DNA from: Balanoglossus misakiensis
Lineage: Eukaryota > Animalia > Hemichordata
Direction: 5' to 3'
Assembly (NCBI GenBank): GCA_040954595.2
Contig: CM082585.2
Coordinates: forward strand, 9,226,564-9,290,563
DNA: 64,000 bases
Each line of letters opens with the position of its first letter. Within the stretch, counting starts at the first letter, position 1. The position numbers were made by a program, and so were the translations under genes. The notes beneath the pieces are model-generated. The model worked only from the letters and a program-made list of their open reading frames with translations, was not told the DNA's origin and made no database searches. Positions 52,285 through 64,000 of the stretch are shown here, piece after piece.

Positions 52285-55200
52285 GTTACCACCACCACCA
52301 CCGTCTTCAGTAATTATGTCCGTTCCTTGCTTCCTGGCGTGTATACTTTGTTTACATTTCTCATGATGAAGGTTCTTTTCTATGCCCTGTCTCTCCCCCA
52401 CCCCCTCCCTCTCTCTAATATGGTGTGCGCATTTCTGCATTAATTAGCTCAGGAATCTATTTTCCTGGTTGACTCACAAACCATCGACACCGAGCATCGA
52501 CCTAGTTTTGCCTTGTGAACTTTAAAAAAACTGCCATAACAACGACACTGTTGCTTTACAACACTGACAGCGCCCCCAGCTTCGTTGAGAGAAACGCCAA
52601 AATAACTCTCTGCATCTGGACCATACCATTCGGGGGCAATTCACTCGTGACGTCACGCGCTCCGGCTCGCATCGTTTCACGGTGTCACAATGCAGGTTTA
52701 ATACTGATGCAGATTCGAGCGCACTCCGTCGGCGATATCGTATTGGCGAAGAGACAGCCGGGAAACACGAACATTAACTATCGCTTCCGTTTTATTTTCT
52801 AAGTGTCGACAAGGACAAGCTGTGTTTTTCCACAAAGCGTTCATTCGATCTCCTGCAACGTGATTGAGTTAGTGTGTTTACAACGGGCATTCTGTTCATC
52901 AATTATGTGACGAGGTTTCATCTGCAATTTATTACTGCTGCTCGTATCGCTGCTTATTACATCGGCTGTCACCTCGATCATTTCGCGTGAACTCTGACGG
53001 GGCGACTGTTGACTTCAGCGCACGGCCGCAAAAAAACAGCCAAATACTACACGTTCAGTTCTGTGTACGCGCGTATATGAGTACGAGAACCTGGTTGCAT
53101 CATTCCTGGCCCGAGACTCTTCGCAATTTTCACTTTGATTTCAAGGGCTTGATTTGAATACTTTTCAAACTGCATCTCTTTGTGTCGTGCCTTCTGGATT
53201 TCTCTGCACAATGACGCAACCGCCCCAGCCGCAGCCGAGGAGACGATCCCGGTTGCCGCAGCTCTCGCAGTTCAAGAATTTCCGTCTCCGGAGCCGAGTT
53301 GTAGGCGGTTTCTCACAGCACAAAATTATCCATTCTGTTGCTCCAGAGTTCTGGGAGGCGTTCTCCTTGTTCGACAAGAATGGTGACGGGACCATCAGCA
53401 TCCTGGAACTCGGGACGGTGATGAGATCGCTGGGACAGAACCCAACTGACGAGGAACTTCACGACATGATCAAGTGCGTCGATGAAGATGGTGAGTATTA
53501 GACAGAGAGCATTTCTCTGTATATGTACATGTGTGTGTGTGTCTGTGTGTGTGTCCATATGTTGCTGTAGCTCCGCACCAATTCAAAATCACATCTGGGT
53601 ATCATCAACGGAGAAACCGAAGGCTTGGACGAACCCCTCTCGGGCAATTGTCAATCGTTGGAGTCCCATTTCTGGGTCCGAACGCAGCCACCATTTCGAG
53701 GGAGAGTTTTCTGCACTCTCGTTGCAGTTGACGAGTCTAGCACACCAATATCTACCATCAAACGACTCGGCCGTACAACTTGCGACTGAAGCATGCAAAT
53801 AAGTTACACTTATGACACAGATACATGTATAACGTACGTAGTAGCACACGCAGTCGGGCAAAATACCCGGACAGTCGTTCAGGCTAGGGGGGCTATCAAA
53901 ATAACTGCGTGCCTATACTAAAAACGCGACCTTCACATGTGGCCTGCCTGCCTGTATGTTGTGACGGACACGCCACAGGCTGCAGTCGGTGTCTTCAAGC
54001 TGTTTTCCATCCTCGCCAGGCAAACAACGTTTACTCGGACAGCTTGACTGCGCCGTTCTTATCCTCCAGGGGATGGGAGCGTGTGCAGGCTTGGCCGAGT
54101 CTTACACGGATCGGATGATGTCTGCGTTCGTGCTCGGCGACAAATATTAAAACCATCGACTCGCTGATTGGGAGAGTTGGGTTCTGATTTACCCTTTGTT
54201 CATTTTCTGAAACCTCTTTTTCCTCATGGCCTGATATTTAATGTGGACACTTTCAGGTCAAAGACAAAGGCCTTAGACTGATAAATTATGTAAGGGTAAT
54301 TAGCTTATGGATATTACACGGGAGGCCGCATGGAAGTCACGTATATTGTGACACTGAAAAATGCTATTAGTAAGGCAGTGGACCGGGACACCATTTTTCT
54401 TAATTTCGAAAGGAAATATTTCAATTAAGCACACGCTGGTTTATACACTTGCGAACGGAGATCTATGTGATATAGAATTGCTGTCGTTGCAGGCTTCGTA
54501 ACTATGTCGTGTCATGCTGCAGTATGGGGGAAAACCCGTGTATATTCAACAAGAACGCGACGATCCATATATTTAATCAATTTTAAGCTCTTGATCCTCA
54601 CAGTCCGTGTGCGTACACATTATGCGTCAGGTGGCACTGTGGTTTCAACGCGAGAATGATTTTTTTGTTCAAAGTGACGCATTTTTCTACGAACCCCCAC
54701 CCACCCGAATAACACATTAACTGGTTGGATCTCGAAATTGCAAAGCGGACGACGGTACGGGTGTTCATACTTTAAGCGTCTTTGACGGGTAGAATTCTGG
54801 CTCGCAATTGTGAGGACTGATTGAAAAATTGTGTATTTTGATACATGATGCCTGAACGTAATCCATGACTGATTCCTTGTCCTGGGACAATGTGCGTTGA
54901 TTTCAATGATGTTCATTAAATAAAGCATGGTTCGTGCCCATAGGAATTACATAACGCGTTTGCTGTTTTATTCGATTTCGCGGTACACTCCGAAAATTAG
55001 GGATTTTTTTTCTTCAACATGACACCGGCAGCCATGTTTTTAAAGTCACTGTGACGGATAGGGATTGAGTCAGATTGCCAAACAAATTTCTCCATGAACG
55101 TTTCTGAAACACATTTCGCATTTTTTCGAGTATACGCCATGCTTTCGAATGAACGAACACGTTTCAGACAATCACACGGCATCGTTTTGGCATATGGATG

Positions 55201-58200
55201 TATTGTAACGGTAGCTCGTTTCATTTCTTTGCAAGTGAATTCACATTGTGAATTTAATATTTCGTTGAATACCGAATACTTTACAGTCGCGCTTATTGCG
55301 GAATATCGTTTAATGACCCTTATTAGAATTTCATATTTGCGGACGTCATTACACGACGTAGTAAGTCTACCGGTAGGAAATTGCACACGTAAGGCTCGTG
55401 TTGTTACCGACATAATTCCACTTTCAAATTGTTTGTCGATTCTATAAAATACAAAAAACAGTCACAATTTTCATGTACGCAATTATCACAAAAATGCCCA
55501 CGCTATTTGCTTTTCTATTTACCGATAACTTGAATTGGCCGGTTTTTAGCACTCGTCCCAGCAGAGAAGTCATTGAATCCGGCACGTGTATTGTCAGCGC
55601 CGGGAATGTTGTGGAAATGGCCGCCATCTGGTGAACAACATCGAGGCAAATATGGAATCAATCATTCGTGTTTACTCAGTTCGGACGTCGGTTGCGCGCT
55701 GGCGCATCACGATGTTAAAGATTTTTTTTTTTAATTACGACACACGGGTTGGTCGTCAGTTATTATCGATGTGACCAATTACACAGCCGGGTAGCGAGCG
55801 TTGCCGCGCCGTGTTGTACGCAAAGACGCGTCCGCGTCCATCACGCGCGCGCGCACTTGGCATGCGGAGCCACTCTCGTCGTCTCTCTAACATCGTTTGA
55901 TCTACTCTTGCCGCCGTCGATCGCACTTTACCGCCACTACGCACCTGTCGCTGAATCCTTTGAAAAAAACAGTATTTCCATTTGACTTGAGTTGCAGAAA
56001 TTATGGGGTAGCCGACTCGTTACCGCTTTGTAAAAGAACACAATAAAAATGTAGTCATATTAATTTTCATGTATGCAATTACTTCAAACTGCTCTACGCT
56101 CGTTACTGCGACCACTTTCCGACAAATGAGCATGCGTGACGTCTATAACAGACGATAATCTTAATGGTGATGAAATATTACCTATCAAATTTAACCACTT
56201 CACTACAATACTCTACACTGCGGCACACTACACTACACTACACTACAAATACTTTTCTTTTAATATCCGAGTTTTCTGTGTAATATCGACCGTCACGCTG
56301 AAAGATATATTATATGCCCACAGTTCCCACGAGTCTCCCACTATTGCTTTCCATTTCCAGGCAAGTCTCCTCCACACAGGGTTTGGTTTGGTATAGTAAT
56401 TGATCGAAAGTCCCATCAAGGCCGATTATGATTATCAATGAGACGAAATATCGTCATGTCTGTCTGTTACAATAATAGCCCCTTCGTCGTCTCGATTACT
56501 ACTGGCAGTTACTATAAATACAGGAATATCGTGACGAGTCGTCTACGTGGTTATTTTTATTTAGTTGTAAATACTTAGTAGAATAATGCACACTCCCTTT
56601 GCCTTTAAGTGACGAACAACAATCAAGTTTATATTAAACGCCAAACGATCTAAATTAAGTCCCGTTCTCCCATTTTCATTTCGCTGTGGAATTACCCAAC
56701 ATTCCACTCGCCGCTATCCCAAAATGTCCATGAATCCAGAAAGATTGTCCAGGACATTTTGATAAACACACATGGAAATATTTGTTGGCAATCCATCCGT
56801 GTCCCGGTCACAGCAGACCTCAGAAATATCCCTTGCGTCCAACATTCCTGAATACCTTTACTAAACGATACGGCACACACGAGAACTGAGCAAAAACTCA
56901 ATTTTACAAGCTTGTTACAGGTTTCCCCACAGGAGGTTCTGTTTGTCTGCGCACAGAAACAGCAATTTAGATTACATTAAATTTACAACTGTATAGCGGC
57001 GGAAAACCCCAGTCATTTGCATTCTAATAGAAACTTCTCTATTGCTAAGTGTGTTAGGTCTTTACCAAAGGCATTTTGGATACAATCTACTTCTGCCACA
57101 ATGAAACTCGGGGACCTAATGGATGTCAAATCGCGTGGAAGTAATCAATTGAGCCGTAATTAAGAACGAAGCTTCGAAATGTCGCGTGGTACTAGTACTC
57201 TACTGTTGAAAACCCGCGCAAAATGCTCAAGTCTTTCGCAACAGAGAAACATCAGACATATTCTGCCGAGAGGCAATTCTGATTCTGATCAATTACAAAT
57301 ATCCCCACTGCATCCCAAGTGCGCCATAAAATAAGCCCTCAGACGCAAAACACACGACTGTAGATCAATCCGATGGATCACCTGTCTGTATAATTTCCAA
57401 TATTTGACGGAGTTTGGGAAAATATCCTGTGGCAACAGAGACAGCGATGGGATGTGCGTGTAATCCGCCGCGAGGGTAACGCGCAACAGATGGGCATCGA
57501 ATCTCACATTACTTCATGACAAATTTGCTCGGTGTAATTTTACAAACTAGTCTGCTTCGACAGAGGACGGCAAATAAATCCTTGTGGTGTTCCGTTTCTT
57601 GACAAGAGCTTAATATAGTGAGTAGCGACACGCCATGAATTCAGGCATCACTTCTACATCTATGAGGCTGTGGTGTGGTTTAACCTTCGCGGGATATTCA
57701 TCTCGCGTCAGATTTCCGCGGTACTTTTATTCTACACACTTTGCTATACCGGGATAATATACCAATAGTATCTTTTGTATACACTTAAATACATGTACAC
57801 ACAACCATGTCCATACTTTCACGTTAAACACATCATTACATGTAAAAGACATGTAAGTACTTGCCAATCGCTGAAAACACTTTAATGGATGTTTTTTTAG
57901 TACAGATTTACAGTTGTTTGTTCCAACAACTGATAGTCTACAAACGTATTTCCTAATTCCGCGAAAATCGCATTTATCTCGAGTCGGTAATTGGAGATGT
58001 CAGTTTGAAAAGAGAGAAAGAAACTGAGGAGCACTTTGCCTTCGGGCGCACAATAGAAGAACATTTCTGGCGAAGCTTTTATCGTCGATGCCGTTGGCAC
58101 TTGGACGAGTCTCGCGAGGGATATGCCCTAAAGTAGCCATGAGATATATATTGTATCAGTCGCGACCTGTCTCTTCGGTTCTACACGCAAGAACGACTTG

Positions 58201-61098
58201 TTCGTGTAAAAAAATCGTCCCGCACAATCGGCTGTCGTCACCTCGGGAAGTGATGTTTGCACCTGCATGTAGGCGCGTAAACATACAAAACATTATTAAG
58301 GTCGCAATTTAGAGGGGAACTCACATGACCTTAACCATATCACTTATATACACCCACGTGGTCGACTAATTTCTGTAAATATTGGTTTCCTGGTTCGTGA
58401 TATATAAAGTTACATTCCCATTTGTACAAACAACATTGATGAACCCGTGCACTCTCAGGTAACTGCGCGCATGAATGCTTGTGTGGTATGAATTACTCGC
58501 CGTTAACGTATATCAATGTGTAGTTTCGGGTATTTTCATTGCATTGACCTACGATGTCGTGGCGGGAGCCAATTTTTCGCACTACAGATACGGTTATTTA
58601 GATAGTTCAGTAGTAATTAGCACAGTCTATTTTAAAATTAAACACGAGATATTCGCTAGCCATTTGCACATCGCTTCATGTTCCGAAAATTAACACCCCC
58701 TCCCACTGATGAACTGGAAGGCACGGACAGATTTGTAACACGACGACCGCGGCTGTAACACCACCGGCATCCAAATTTACGACGCTTCGTACGCTAATTG
58801 CCGTGTGTATACAATCAATCAAGTGCCTGGAGATCATCACCGTACCCTGTCCTTGACCAAAGTGAACCTAATGAGCTAATTATTGCTGTAACTTGAGAAT
58901 GTAGACCCAATTTCCTCTCCGAGTCACGCCCTCACGTAGGTCTTCCTTATCGTTCGTCAGCCTCGTTCTGACTTGTAGTGCAGAGCCCAGTCGTCTGCAC
59001 GTTGTCTCGAGAAAACGTTTAGTTTTTGTAAGTGTAATGGCTTCGAAGTATTTCCACGCTGTGGGTCGCGGTATTTGATACGAGATGGCAGCTTCCCACA
59101 GGGATATAGGGCGACCAGCGTTTGTGCAAACAACAGGCTGAGAGACCAGCAAAAGTTGCAACTGGGAACGGGGGTGTAGGCGCCATTTTGAATAAAGGGT
59201 CAAGTACATCAATCGATGCTCTGGCAAGTACAAGTTCTATCGTTTGCAAGTTCTTGTTTACAAATAAAGTACCTCGACCTTCAACTTCGGTGGCAAACGA
59301 TACACGATTCTGGGACAAGATCGGGTTGGAGATCTTGACAAATGATGAACACTCAACAATTGAACGACGCAGAAACTGGACCTCAGAAACGACATACAAA
59401 AATGTCACCAAAAACAACCAAAATCAACATCTGCTGCCGTGAACCAATCGCTAAAATGTGCAAAACCCGCAAAAACATCAATAAAATAGGAGAAGGCCAC
59501 CCCACGCGATAATACTAATTTACGAGGTGCTAAGACAGAGTGATATAACAAGCTTACCGGATTACATCATCACCTATTACATAAAACATCTGTATTTTTC
59601 GCACATAAATCTAATATTCGCACGTACTTTCTCTAGAGACTTGATGACGTTTTACTCGTCACGTGTCTCATCTAAAAACAGAACGTGGGATTTGTGAGTG
59701 TAATAGGGTCTGGTTCATTCGGCAATTTCATCATAATTGCTATCATAATCCTGCAACGATCCACTGCGCACAGTCATCTGGGCATGACACGGCGTCTATT
59801 CCCAGAAACAGAATTAAGACAAACATTATTATCAAGTCGTACGATTTATCGCAATTTCCTCTCTCTCGGGACAGAAGTTATGTTCCCCCGTTAATAATTA
59901 TTGCGCACTCGAGTGTACTACGCGATATTGCTATTACACTCACTGCCGCGATTATTAATATATTTGGAGTTTCAATTATATTATCCTGAAATTACATCCC
60001 GACGGACCCCACACCAAAAAAGCAGGACTTCAAATTTAATATCACAAAAATAAAAGAAGTAACATGCAGAGAAGTAAATATGTACCGACTTATAATATAC
60101 ACCCGCCGTCCCTATAAATAACGTTTCTAATTATAAACCTATACCTGCATCTTTTCAGGATCTCTCAAAATATCGTAACTGAATTGAGTTCATCGACTGG
60201 TTATTATTTACTAAAATTGACTATTTTATAGTGACATCGCTATCTTGTTTACCCCCCCCCCCCACCCAGTGACCTCAACAAAATCTTTAACATTCTTAAT
60301 TACCGTAATTACCCTTACACATTTCATTCCATAAAAAACATACCAGGTGTGTTTAGTTTTCTAAAATAGTACATTGATGTAAATCCCAGACAAATAACTT
60401 TCATTATGTAATGTGACATTTGAATCAGAAAAATAATCCAATATAATTGGATGTCGGTTAATGTGTTATGGTTCCGAACAACTGTTGTCTTTTAGCGACC
60501 ACCCGGTCGATCCAACGGCTGGCAACAGATGGCGTTTGAAACACGTAACACACAATTTCTGCCCCGTATCGCCTCTTCCGCAGGAAAGACCAAATCGACT
60601 GCTTCGTGGAATATTAAGTCTTATAATTTGCCCATTTTTGGTTGTAATTCACAGGTACGCGCTCACACGGCATGTCAATGAGTTTTATGAATCATCATCA
60701 AGGTGATAAACACCTACACACTCGCCAATCCCAATAAGGAGATCTCACTCGCCCTCGGGGTCCCGGGAGAGAGAGATTATCTAATCTTTGGGAATATAAA
60801 AACGAACGGGAAACCCAACACTCAACATCATTTTTTCATCACATTTTCCCCGCAGGAAACGGCGAGATAGACTTTGAGGAGTTCCTCACCATGATGGCCA
60901 AGAAGCTGCGGGACATCGACATCGACGAGGAGATCAGAGACGCCTTCCGGGTCTTCGACAAAGAAGGGAAGGGGAGCATCACCTCCAAGGAACTCAAGTA
61001 CGTCCTCACGACGTACGGCGATACACTCCCGGATGAAGAGGTCCAGGAAATGCTGACAGAGGCCGACACGGACGGCGATGGGTCCATCAACTACTCAG
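44402..61098 (+). CDS. Calmodulin-like protein 5 (3'-partial; EF1, EF2 and probably EF4 canonical, EF3 degenerate; long introns)
   Basis: Core exons are secure: 53347..53490 (144 nt, [48 protein letters not shown]) and 60856..61098 (243 nt, [46 protein letters not shown]...[11 protein letters not shown]). Best-guess 5' end is ATG|gtaaga at 44402..44404 plus a 31-nt exon 49361..49391 ([11 protein letters not shown], aligns with calmodulin ADQLTEEQIA-E). The last exon was not confidently found and probably lies beyond the window. Confidence 0.8.
45549..45642 (-). mobile_element. ~90-bp MITE, copy 2 of the family at 1234-1324
   Basis: Reverse complement reads CCCTTTCACCACCATGGTTTGATCCAAATGCATTGG...GGTGAAAGGG, colinear with copy 1; terminal inverted repeat CCCTTTCACC...GGTGAAAGGG. 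Confidence 0.65.
49545..49606. repeat. (AC)n microsatellite, ~31 units
   Basis: Uninterrupted AC run, flanked by GA-rich and (GCAC)n sequence. Confidence 0.98.
52226..52302. repeat. (ATC)n microsatellite followed by short (ACC)n
   Basis: TCA/ATC trinucleotide run at 52226-52284, then ACC repeats. Confidence 0.97.
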
Positions 61099-64000
61099 GT
61101 GACTATGGTGGCAGATTCTTTGTCTCTAGCTATTTTGAGACCCCACTGACAAAAAGTCAGACAGACAGACAGACAGACATACACACCGAAACATGAAAAT
61201 GAGGGGTGGGGTAGAATTGAGAATCCAACCGAAAAGAAAAGTCGAAGTGGTATGCCGAAAAATTAGTACTGACCCCAATCTGTCACTGAATGAGGTCGAG
61301 CCACAGGGAAATATTCAAGATTCCTATATAGAGTTGAGCTGTGACAGCCTATGATTGAGCACATTTGAGTGAGCAGAACAGCATAAATAGCCTACCCATG
61401 TAAACTAACCAAGATAATGTCAAAAGTGAGCGATAGAAGGAGTCTAAGAGTATGGACTATTTATATATCATATAAATGCGTCTGGTTTCGGGAAATATCT
61501 GATTAGCACACAATAACTATTAGGCCTATGATGTCAGAAAGACGCAAAGAGAGGCATTAGATTCTTTAGTTAGTCGGACGCACAACATCACCTGCGTTGT
61601 TTTCAAGTTATCATTGTTGTCATCTAAACTTTGAAACATCGACGTCACTACTAGTTACAAAGAACAAGTTGCATCTACATTGTCGTAAAATGTTAGCTGT
61701 GAACAATTGAAATTCCGACGAAGAACTTTTGCGCAGACGACCATTATCTTTCCCGCGCGCGCCAACGGATAATCGAACGCGGTCGTGTGCATCTGCAGAG
61801 TCTGTGTTCAGAATCGAGTATAGAATTCAAACGCGTTATGCCTGTCTTTTGAACATTTAGGAGCAGACTTGCTTTGAGTCAATATTGACAAAGCTTCTAG
61901 CCAGTCTTGCAATACTTCAGACAATTAATGAAAACTAATGAAGCAGACATTTCGAAGATATTTATGAAGCAGGCGAAATGGCTGCCATTTTCAAACTATA
62001 AGACGAGCCATAAAATTAATACTGTACCTGGAGGTCAGTGAGGAGTTTTTTAATCAAATCATAATTGCCCTCCTAAATACAACGATTTCAGTTTAATAAA
62101 ATAGAGAAATATTCGGAATGTGCTTGGTTAGACTGGTTGTTAAGAGCGTGACGTGGTTGTTAAACGCGAGCAGACGAGCTCAGGATACAGATTGCTAGCT
62201 GATCGAATTCTCCACGGCCGGCAGCGTATTCGAATTAACCTTCGCCGAAAGTGATGGAGACTGATTTGAAAGCGAATTCTAAATTACATTAACCGTTCTC
62301 TAGGTTGGGTTTATGCCACAGGAAACGTCGCGGAGAATTTCACCCTTTTTGTACAATGTCAATATTTATTACATGAACAATTAGATTAATGGCGCGGGGG
62401 TTGATTTGCCTCGCGCAATATAGCGAATAACACGAAGATTCCCCCATGCACGCTTTACCCATACTATTATCTCTCTGCGTCAAGCAAAGGATTTATTGAA
62501 GTGTTTACGTGGAATACTCAAACATGAGGTGTGCAAGCGATATCCTCGTAATCTGACTCTAACCATCAAAACAAAATAACAGATCCGAGCTGTTCCGTCA
62601 ATGATCCCCGTCGTCAATCGCCAACCTCCCTTGTCTTGCTCGTTTTTTTAAAGTAAAAAACACACATTACATATACGAAGATTTGGGAAACGGGTCACTT
62701 GTGGTTTATGGTTCGAGCGCCAAACTTAAACCTCAGGCCGGCTCACGTTATTCCCGCGAAAATGCCACAAAAATCGTTGATGACGTACTAGTACTTCATG
62801 CACCTGCACCGGCATTGCCAACGCGCATGCGTCAGGCTGTCATAACCCATTTGGGGTCGTTCCGTAACTCCGTTCCATCGAGACTCACCGTTACTTCATC
62901 TAAATAACGCCCGGGGACGTTAAAACTGACCGTTAAGCTGAGCCAGTGGTTAACCTTTCTGTTGCGACCACCTGCTGTAGAATCAAAAATTTATCTCACG
63001 GTCGTGAACTCTGGCATTCTCCATGCTGTGAAATTCGAGCGTGTAAATTTTAATTAAACGCTATATATCAGTGGTAATGTTTGCCTTTTTCGAAGTATTC
63101 ACACATTTACATGATCATTTCTTGTGAACGAGCCTTTCTTGTGCAATCTGACGTCATCGACTCTGAATCGAACTTCTAACAATGATACGTTCGCGGTTTG
63201 TAGTTTGTCTGGCGGCCATTTTGTTTTTTACAGAAAACGCGGACACGACTTTAATATTTTCTCAAAGGAATTAAGAGCTTCTATTTATGAGTAAAAGGCA
63301 TATTTATAAATGACAACAGATCTACAGAGGCTTAGTTTTTCTTCCGACAGCAACGTAAAGGTCTTTTTGGTAAATTTCCACCAAACCTATCAAAGAGCGG
63401 AAGCGATGGCAAAATCCACTCATATAGCGATCAATACGGCGTTAATTCTGAAAGGGCTAAAGCATGAAAGCCCCGGTTATCGACGTGAAACAGCTTTTAC
63501 CATTTGTATGAAAAATATTTAGATATAATTTATAGTTCTTTTATTACATGTAAATGGCAGTGTAGCAGATTTATGTCTGTGTTCAGACGTGACATTCTGA
63601 TGTAATGGAAGCCCAGAAGCAGAACTCATTTCTCTTTCCGAAACATTTTAATAAATCCTCGTGGCGCGCTATTAATCTGTGAAGCATTGAAATATCTGGA
63701 GGATCAATTTGCGGCCTTCAGAAACGGACGTCGTTGTTATCTTCTGCTGACACAAAGTATCTGTCGTCTGCAACGCTGTGCGGAATATAGGCTTGGCGCC
63801 AAATCGTCGATCAGGGTTCTGAGGAGTGAAGATCGATCCCGAGTGTATTCTCGATGATTATTGTAACCCCCAAATCCGACGACCCGGAAAAGACATTCGA
63901 GATCTACGCGTCGAAGAAGGCGCCAATTTCCTTCTGCGGAATACAGCGACGGTTTCGGACGAACGCCCTGACATTTAAAGCTGACACTTTCAACGCGAGA

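Noticed and set aside
52087-52443. Poly-Ile and poly-Asp ORFs
   Set aside because: Translations of the (ATC)n microsatellite; no splice or start context.
58880-59442. Overlapping 106-132 aa ORFs on both strands in the long intron
   Set aside because: No recognisable homology, and no convincing splice sites or start codons to call a gene.
61824-61852. Possible last exon of calmodulin-like 5 (EFKRVMPVF*)
   Set aside because: The peptide is plausible, but the acceptor lacks a polypyrimidine tract and is preceded by several competing AGs; the candidate at 63234 (ENADTT...) has a better acceptor but no EF-hand helix similarity. Left unresolved.

Overview
Eukaryotic (metazoan) genomic DNA with GT-AG introns, AT-rich; the repeat landscape and calmodulin intron pattern suggest a marine invertebrate (inference only). 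The supplied ORF track is mostly noise because the genes are spliced, so gene models were rebuilt by hand from splice sites and reading-frame phase. (1) 487-13752 (+): a 9-exon gene encoding a ~768-aa low-complexity protein with a very acidic tail and no recognisable domain, in a CpG-poor block. (2) 16.7-61.1 kb (+): a head-to-tail array of five calmodulin-like paralogues with the same exon layout (short exon(s), 144 nt, 240-243 nt, short last exon). Each has a different pattern of intact versus degenerate EF-hand loops and different terminal extensions, and none is canonical calmodulin. The fifth copy lacks a convincing last exon in the window and has several candidate alternative N-terminal exons. 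The cluster is CpG-rich and carries many palindromic CRE sites and RFX X-box-like motifs. (3) Several small non-autonomous DNA transposons with clear TIRs/TSDs, a LINE 3' fragment and microsatellites. No rRNA, tRNA or CRISPR features were seen.
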